This document shows, in pieces, positions 23,899 to 29,516 of a stretch of 29,516 nucleotides of DNA. The first letter of the stretch is position 1. Each line of letters begins with the position of its first letter. The stretch lies in the NCBI GenBank assembly GCA_045106895.1, contig JBGCFM010000169.1, forward strand, positions 1-29,516, in the 5' to 3' direction. The translations under genes were made by a program, and so were the position numbers. The notes beneath the pieces were generated by a model. That model saw nothing but the letters and a program-made list of their open reading frames with translations. It was not told where the DNA came from and made no database searches. Source of the stretch: Polyangiales bacterium (GTDB lineage Bacteria; Myxococcota_A; Polyangia; Polyangiales; Houyiibacteriaceae).

Positions 23899-25521
23899 CT
23901 ACATCGTCTTCGCATCGCCGCGAACGCTACGATCCAAATCGATGTTGAGCGTTTGCCGGAGCGCTGGCTCCTTGTCTTCGGCTATCGGCTTCGACAGCGC
24001 GGGCCCGTGTTCCGCCCACCACTCCTCCGCTTGTTGCTTCGTCCACTTAGGGCCGGAGGCACATTCTTGGATCGCGACGGCAAGCTTGGCGGCGCTCTGC
24101 GGTCTTTCGCTCGGGTCCTTCGCAAGACAGCGAAGAACCAGCGCGGCGAGCCCTTTGGGTACTCCCTCGGGCAATGGAGCCGGCGGCTCATACAAGTGCT
24201 TGCTACAAACCTCGACGACCCCGTTTCCGCTGAACACGTGATGGCCAGTCAATAGGTAGTAGGCGACCCCACCGAGCGCGTAGAGGTCACTCCGGGCGTC
24301 CACTGATTCGGGCGAGGTGATGGCCTCCGGAGACAGGTATTGCGGTGTGCCCATCAGAGTGTCCGCTTGGGTGAGCGATGTGCTACTCGCGGCGCGGTCC
24401 ACTTCCTTGACGAGGCCAAAGTCGACCACTTTTGTGACGTCCGCCTCGCCGCCTTGGCGAACGAGCATGATGTTGGCCGGCTTGATGTCTCGATGAATCA
24501 GCCCGGCTTCGTGGGCCTCACTCAACGCGCGCGCCGCTTGCTCGAACACACGCGCGACCCGAGCTGGCGGCTGCGCTCCATTGATCTCGACAACGCGCTG
24601 CAGCGTCGAACCATCGAGCAACTCCATCGCGTAGTAGAACACCCCTTCGGGTGTTCGGCCGTAGTCGAAGATCGTCACGGTGTTGGGATGAGTCAGTCGC
24701 GCCGTCTGACGCACTTCCTTCTCAAAACGCGCCAGACTCTGCTCGCCAACCTTCTCCGGCGGGAGCAGCTTCACGGCAGTCGGACGTCGCAGCATGGCGT
24801 GTTGCGCGTGATAAACGACGCCCATTCCGCCTTCACCCAGCTTCTCGATGAGCTCGTACTGCCCGAGCCTGCGCGCGTCGGCGACACGTTTGCGCAGACC
24901 GAAGATCGTCATCGAAGCGCCCGTCGAGAGGGCCACGGCGACGCCCCACCAAACCGCCGTAAAGAACGTAATCTCCATGGCGCGACGAAGCGGAGAAGCG
25001 GCTCGAATCGATGCTTCGACGTCCGTCCAGTTGGAGATATCGACGTTGTAGTAGAGCCAAAACGTCGCAACGATGACCGGAATGCCCGCGGCACTCGTGA
25101 GCAGCAGCGTTCGTCGAGCCGTGCTGGGAACGTAGATCGCGCGGGCGACAACCATGCTCAGAATCGCCAGCGTGATGAGGTAGTGCGGCATCTGCCACAC
25201 CGGGACGTACACGCCCATAAGCGTATAAAAGACGGCGGCGCCCAGGATGCTCAGAGTCTCGACTCTTCGGATCGCCAAGACTGAGCGCTGTCCCGTGCGG
25301 CACACCATCCACATCAGGGTCATCGATGCGACGCCGCCAAAGTGAAACCACATGGTCCAGTCGTCGAACGTGACCAAGCCCGAAGCGAGATGCTGCAGTA
25401 GGCGAAGCGTTAGGAATCCACCGCCGATGGATGCACCAAAGACGCCGGCGACGGCCACGCGATGCTGGAGAAACGCTCGCCCTTCTTCCGAACTCTCCAA
25501 GGGTGTGCTCGTCGTACTCAT
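23899..25521 (-). CDS. Ser/Thr kinase with an N-terminal multi-TM sensor region
   Basis: About 6 TMs, then LGQYEL..KLGEGGMGVVY, TAVK, HRDIKPAN, DFGLVK, GTPQYLSPE. Confidence 0.93.
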   Translation of the reverse strand: MSTTSTPLESSEEGRAFLQHRVAVAGVFGASIGGGFLTLRLLQHLASGLVTFDDWTMWFHFGGVASMTLMWMVCRTGQRSVLAIRRVETLSILGAAVFYTLMGVYVPVWQMPHYLITLAILSMVVARAIYVPSTARRTLLLTSAAGIPVIVATFWLYYNVDISNWTDVEASIRAASPLRRAMEITFFTAVWWGVAVALSTGASMTIFGLRKRVADARRLGQYELIEKLGEGGMGVVYHAQHAMLRRPTAVKLLPPEKVGEQSLARFEKEVRQTARLTHPNTVTIFDYGRTPEGVFYYAMELLDGSTLQRVVEINGAQPPARVARVFEQAARALSEAHEAGLIHRDIKPANIMLVRQGGEADVTKVVDFGLVKEVDRAASSTSLTQADTLMGTPQYLSPEAITSPESVDARSDLYALGGVAYYLLTGHHVFSGNGVVEVCSKHLYEPPAPLPEGVPKGLAALVLRCLAKDPSERPQSAAKLAVAIQECASGPKWTKQQAEEWWAEHGPALSKPIAEDKEPALRQTLNIDLDRSVRGDAKTM

Positions 25522-25677
25522 CAGAGCCCGCAGGATCGCTGGCCCCGCTTCACCGCGTCAAACCGAATCTGCGAGGCTCTTCACACATACCGGGGCGTAG
25601 GAAGGGAGGTTTCGTCCTCTCGCACGTACAAGCCTTCGCGGAACGATCCGCGTTCATTTCTAGCCTGAGGTTCTCCC

Positions 25678-26154
25678 GTGAAAACAAGTCTTACCTTTAT
25701 CTTCTGCTTCTTGATGGCCTGCTCGAGCGGTGAAGAGAACGCCCAAGAGCTGAACGAAGCGACGAACGCTATCCAGGAAGCGCTCGACGAAGCTGCCGCG
25801 CAAGCAGCAGAAGCCGCCGCAGCCCCTGCCGCCGACGAAGAGGCCGCCGCCGCCGAAGAGCCCGCCGCCGAAGCGCCCGCCGGGGCGCGCTACACCTGTA
25901 GTCAAGAGAGCAACCACATCTGTTACCAGATCACGCCCCCGGCGTTCACGTTGGCCGGCGAGCAAGCTGGCTGTGAAGGCATGGGAGGTACCGGAACTTG
26001 GACCGAGGGCGGCGAGTGCCCAACGGAGAACATCATCGGGACCTGTCAGAAAGAGCGCAACAACGAGACGCGCTACTTCTACGAGGGAGTGACCGTCGCG
26101 CAGGCAGAGCCTTCCTGCACGATGTTCGGAGGTACGTTCACCGCCGCCGAATAG
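25678..26154 (+). CDS. Small lipoprotein with an Ala/Glu-rich linker and a 6-Cys C-terminal domain
   Basis: GTG start with GAGG upstream; lipobox FLMA-CSSG; AAEAAAAPAADEEAAAAEEPAAE linker; two C...GG(T)x(W/F)-like half repeats. Confidence 0.8.
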   Translation: MKTSLTFIFCFLMACSSGEENAQELNEATNAIQEALDEAAAQAAEAAAAPAADEEAAAAEEPAAEAPAGARYTCSQESNHICYQITPPAFTLAGEQAGCEGMGGTGTWTEGGECPTENIIGTCQKERNNETRYFYEGVTVAQAEPSCTMFGGTFTAAE

Positions 26155-26248
26155 CCCTCGTCGGGCCGGGGGCGGCTTTGAATTCGTTTGAAGCGCCCCA
26201 ATTCGCGAACTCGTTGCCCTTTCGAGAGTCGATATAGTCGCCATCTAT

Positions 26249-26277
26249 AGGACAGGTGGCGACTTCGCGGGTATAGT
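26249..26277 (+). promoter_or_regulatory. Candidate sigma70 promoter AGGACA-N17-TATAGT for the protease gene
   Basis: -10 TATAGT 8 nt before ATG 26286; the -35 lies within an inverted repeat at 26236-26264. Confidence 0.45.
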
Positions 26278-26285
26278 GCGCGCCT

Positions 26286-28118
26286 ATGAAGCGCTTTTTG
26301 AGCCTCGCCTTGCTCCTATCTGTCGCCTGCACCGGCGAAGAGTATGGGCTGAGTTCGTCCAACATCATCAACGGGACGCCCACCACCGGGACCACAGAGA
26401 ACTGGACCGTTGCCGTCTACAACGCGGGCATCACCAGCGAAAACGCGGGTCTGTGTTCGGGCACGGTCATTGGACCCCACGTCGTGCTCACGGCAAAACA
26501 CTGCATCTACTCCGAGCCTTCGGGCGGCGGTCGCGTGTGGGAAGAGGTGCCCGCGCACGACCTTGTTGTCCTCGAAGGCACCGACCTGACAACATCCGGC
26601 GGCGTCGTCAGCCGTCGTTTTGTTCGCGAGTGGCGCTCGACGAGCGGCGCCTACACCGACCGCGATCTCGGCACCGGACGCGACATCGCCGTTCTCATCG
26701 TCGACGAGCCGTTCACGGGCATCACGCCACGTGGTGTGGGGCGTACGATTCCGGCCAATGGCAGCCCCGCGACCATCGTGGGCTTCGGACGGACGAACCC
26801 CAATGACTCCGTGGATAGCTCCGGCACCAAGTACATCGGCCAGACGGCCATCGCCGGCTCCGACGGACAGCGCATTCAGACCGTCGGTGACTCCTGGACC
26901 TGCCAAGGCGACAGCGGCGGCCCGCTCCTCGTCGGCAACGACGTCGTCGGCGTGACCAGCTACGGCGTGGGTGGTTGCGGCCGCAACTCGCTGCACATCT
27001 TCGTCGCCGTCGCCGCTCACCTCGAGCTCATCGACGACGCCCTGGCGTACGTCCCGGAATGTGAGCCTTCCACCGAAGTCTGCGATGGTGTCGACAACAA
27101 CTGCGACGGCACCGTCGACGAGGGCTGCGTGTCCATCGGCGATCCCTGCACCTCCGGCATCGAATGCAGCGATGGCCTCTGCGAAGACGTCGGGGGCGAG
27201 ACGGTATGCACACGCGCCTGCGACCCAAGCTCCAGCATCGCGATGTGCCCCTTCACATTCCACTGCCAAGAGACCGGCTGTGGCACGGGCCTGTGCGCGC
27301 GTGGAAGCGAAGGTATGCGCGCGGATGGCGAAGAGTGCAGCGACGAAGCCCAGTGCTTCTCCCGACGCTGCATCGACGTCGCGGGAACCATGCGCTGTGC
27401 CCGCCAGTGCGATGTCGGCGCGAACGACTGCGGTGAAGGCCTGCTCTGTGAAGAGACGGGCGAGTGCTACAGCTGCATCCCTGAAGAAGCCTCGACTCGG
27501 CCACGCTCCTTTGGCGCCCAGTGCACCATGGATGAACAGTGCCTAAGCGAGGACTGCACCGAAGACGAAGGCACAGCCATGGCGTTCTGCACCGCGTCTT
27601 GCGCCGAAGACAACCCATGTCCATCGGGCTTCCGCTGCCGAGACGACCGCTGCATTGGCGGCGACCCGCGCGGCCTTGGTGAAGACTGCGAGGCAAACGG
27701 CGACTGCCAGTCCGGTGAGTGCGCGGAGCTCGAAGGCGAGTCTATCTGCGTCAGCCCCTGCGATGAAGGCTGCCTCGTCGGATTCGAGTGCGCCACGACG
27801 TCCCTCGGCGAGCGATGCGTCCTTGGCGGCCTGCCGCTCGGCGAAGACTGCATCAACGGCTCCGAGTGTCGCTCGGGCGTTTGCCTCGGCACGTGCACCC
27901 GCATCTGTGATGACTTCCCTTGCCCCGGCGAGCTCGAGTGTGTCCAGCGCGGCGCGAACAGCGGCTGCTTCCCTCCGACAGGTCCCACAGAGGTCCCTCT
28001 CATTGAGGAGGGTGGCTGCACCGTGGCCCAAGGTGGTATGGGTCAAAGCGTCCCGTGGAGTGCTGGTCTGATGCTCGGCGCTATGCTCGTCGCTTGGCGA
28101 CGACGACGACGGAACTGA
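26286..28118 (+). CDS. S1 (trypsin-like) serine protease with Cys-rich repeats and MYXO-CTERM
   Basis: Lipobox LSVA-C; IING activation site; triad TAKHC / DIAVL / GDSGGP; CDGVDNNCDGTVDEGC (MopE-related motif); many GxxC...C.S..C repeats; GGC..TM..RRRRR tail. Confidence 0.92.
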   Translation: MKRFLSLALLLSVACTGEEYGLSSSNIINGTPTTGTTENWTVAVYNAGITSENAGLCSGTVIGPHVVLTAKHCIYSEPSGGGRVWEEVPAHDLVVLEGTDLTTSGGVVSRRFVREWRSTSGAYTDRDLGTGRDIAVLIVDEPFTGITPRGVGRTIPANGSPATIVGFGRTNPNDSVDSSGTKYIGQTAIAGSDGQRIQTVGDSWTCQGDSGGPLLVGNDVVGVTSYGVGGCGRNSLHIFVAVAAHLELIDDALAYVPECEPSTEVCDGVDNNCDGTVDEGCVSIGDPCTSGIECSDGLCEDVGGETVCTRACDPSSSIAMCPFTFHCQETGCGTGLCARGSEGMRADGEECSDEAQCFSRRCIDVAGTMRCARQCDVGANDCGEGLLCEETGECYSCIPEEASTRPRSFGAQCTMDEQCLSEDCTEDEGTAMAFCTASCAEDNPCPSGFRCRDDRCIGGDPRGLGEDCEANGDCQSGECAELEGESICVSPCDEGCLVGFECATTSLGERCVLGGLPLGEDCINGSECRSGVCLGTCTRICDDFPCPGELECVQRGANSGCFPPTGPTEVPLIEEGGCTVAQGGMGQSVPWSAGLMLGAMLVAWRRRRRN

Positions 28119-28142
28119 GCTCACCTCCTCTCGGAACTACTC

Positions 28143-29174
28143 ATGACTGAACACGCCGCGAAACCGGCGACGCGTGCCGGCGTCGTACTCATTGGACGCA
28201 ACGAAGGCCAGCGCCTCGTTCGATGCTTGGCATCCGTCTGTCAGGACGGACGCCCCGTTGTCTACGTCGACTCTGGCAGTACGGACGCGAGCTGTGATGA
28301 AGCACGCGCTCACGGCGCCCTCGTCGTGGACCTCGACATGAGCATCCCCTTCAGCGCCGCACGCGCACGCAACGAAGGTTGGTCTCACCTCCTCGCAAAG
28401 CACCCAGAACTCGACTACGTCCAGTTCGTCGACGGCGATTGCGAAGTTGACGAAAGATGGATCCCTCTCGCGATGGATCTCCTCGACAACAAAGAGGATG
28501 TCGTCGCCGTCTGCGGCTACCGGCGCGAACGCTACCCTGAACGCTCCGTGTACAACCGCGTCTGCGACGTTGAATGGCAAGCAGGCGACGCGGGTGAGGT
28601 CGGCTGCGTGGGCGGTGACGTCATGGTACGCGCGAAGGGGCTCCGCGACACCGGCGGCTACAATTCCGCGGTCATCGCCGCCGAGGACGACGAGTTTGGC
28701 ATTCGTCTACGCCAGGTCACGGGCGGCAAGCTTTGGCGCCTGGACGCTCCGATGACGCTCCATGACGCGAATATGATGGAAGCACGCCAGTGGTGGCAGC
28801 GCGCCAAACGCTGTGGCCATGGCTACGCACAGGTCAACCACCTCCACGGGGCCCCGCCGGAGCGCTACTTCCAGGACCACCTGAAGCGCTCATTGGTCTG
28901 GGGCGCCATCGCTCCTGCTGCGGCTGTGGCGCTCAGCGTGCCCACCCTTGGCCTATCCCTGGCCGTCCTCGGGCGATATCCCATCAGCGCCGCCCGAGCC
29001 GCCCAGCACGTTCGAAAACGTGGTTTTTCCTGGAAACACTCCCTGGCGTGGGGCGTGAGTTGCGCCGCAGCGCCCCTCCCGGAGGCTCTGGGAGCCGCAA
29101 AATTCTATATCGATCGTCTTCGCGAGCGCGCACCCGAGATCATCGAGTATAAGACCAGCGACGACGCTTCTTAG
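28143..29174 (+). CDS. Glycosyltransferase family 2
   Basis: VVLIGRNEG, YVDSGSTD, AARARNEG, FVDGD (DxD), GGY..AAED, QWWQRAKRCGHGY. Confidence 0.92.
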   Translation: MTEHAAKPATRAGVVLIGRNEGQRLVRCLASVCQDGRPVVYVDSGSTDASCDEARAHGALVVDLDMSIPFSAARARNEGWSHLLAKHPELDYVQFVDGDCEVDERWIPLAMDLLDNKEDVVAVCGYRRERYPERSVYNRVCDVEWQAGDAGEVGCVGGDVMVRAKGLRDTGGYNSAVIAAEDDEFGIRLRQVTGGKLWRLDAPMTLHDANMMEARQWWQRAKRCGHGYAQVNHLHGAPPERYFQDHLKRSLVWGAIAPAAAVALSVPTLGLSLAVLGRYPISAARAAQHVRKRGFSWKHSLAWGVSCAAAPLPEALGAAKFYIDRLRERAPEIIEYKTSDDAS

Positions 29175-29249
29175 AGCGTCTACTTTTCATCGCCTAGCGC
29201 TGTTTGAAACTCGTTTTCAAACTCGGTCTTCCAACGAGAGAGTTCACCT

Positions 29250-29516
29250 GTGAGCAAAGAGACGAACGTCGCCATTGTCGGTGCCGGCTACATCGCCGAC
29301 TACCATATGTCCGCCCTCCGCGCGCTGCCCGACGTCAAAGTCGTCGCGGTCTGTGATCTCAAGGAAAGCGCCGCCCAGCGGTTCGCTACCGCATACGGCA
29401 TCAACGGTGTCTACAGCGACCTCTCGGCGATGCTCGCGCAGGAGAACCTCGACGCGGTCCACGTTCTCACGCCGCCGCACACACACGTTCAGCCCGGCAT
29501 CACGATCCTCGAAGCC
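29250..29516 (+). CDS. Gfo/Idh/MocA-family oxidoreductase, 5' part (runs off the window)
   Basis: Not in the ORF track. GTG 29250 gives MSKETNVAIVGAGYIADYH...VVAVCD...LDAVHVLTPPHTH. Confidence 0.85.
   Translation, partial: MSKETNVAIVGAGYIADYHMSALRALPDVKVVAVCDLKESAAQRFATAYGINGVYSDLSAMLAQENLDAVHVLTPPHTHVQPGITILEA

Noticed and set aside
5665..25521. Three Ser/Thr kinases as a single system
   Set aside because: They are dispersed with different architectures; high kinase density is normal in myxobacteria.
1..29516. tRNA/rRNA genes, prophage, anti-phage defence or secondary-metabolite cluster
   Set aside because: No supporting sequence motifs recognised; intergenic gaps are short.

Overview
High-GC window from a myxobacterium (Myxococcota, probably Polyangiales/Sandaracinus-like). 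This is inferred from a MYXO-CTERM tail, a Myxococcus Cys-rich repeat, three Ser/Thr kinases and Asp/Ala/Gly-linker lipoproteins. It holds about 22 complete genes and two partial ones missing from the ORF track: the N-terminus of an IS5-family transposase at the left edge and a Gfo/Idh/MocA oxidoreductase at the right edge. Housekeeping genes are ligA, an RlmD/RlmC-type rRNA methyltransferase and a YgiQ radical SAM protein. Most notable: (i) a multi-pass membrane sigma54-activator-like protein whose AAA+ motifs (Walker A, Walker B, GAFTGA, Arg finger) are all lost while the HTH is kept; (ii) a tandem lipoprotein pair, vWA-MIDAS/TSP3/Cys-rich plus FG-GAP propeller/Ig-like, resembling a split alpha/beta integrin-like adhesin, with a shared upstream motif and an 8x7-bp tandem repeat; (iii) an IS5-like element whose end abuts the CTAG containing the FG-GAP stop codon; (iv) a compact membrane protein-ECF sigma-mini anti-sigma-kinase cluster. 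All family calls come from motifs recognised by eye; no searches were run.
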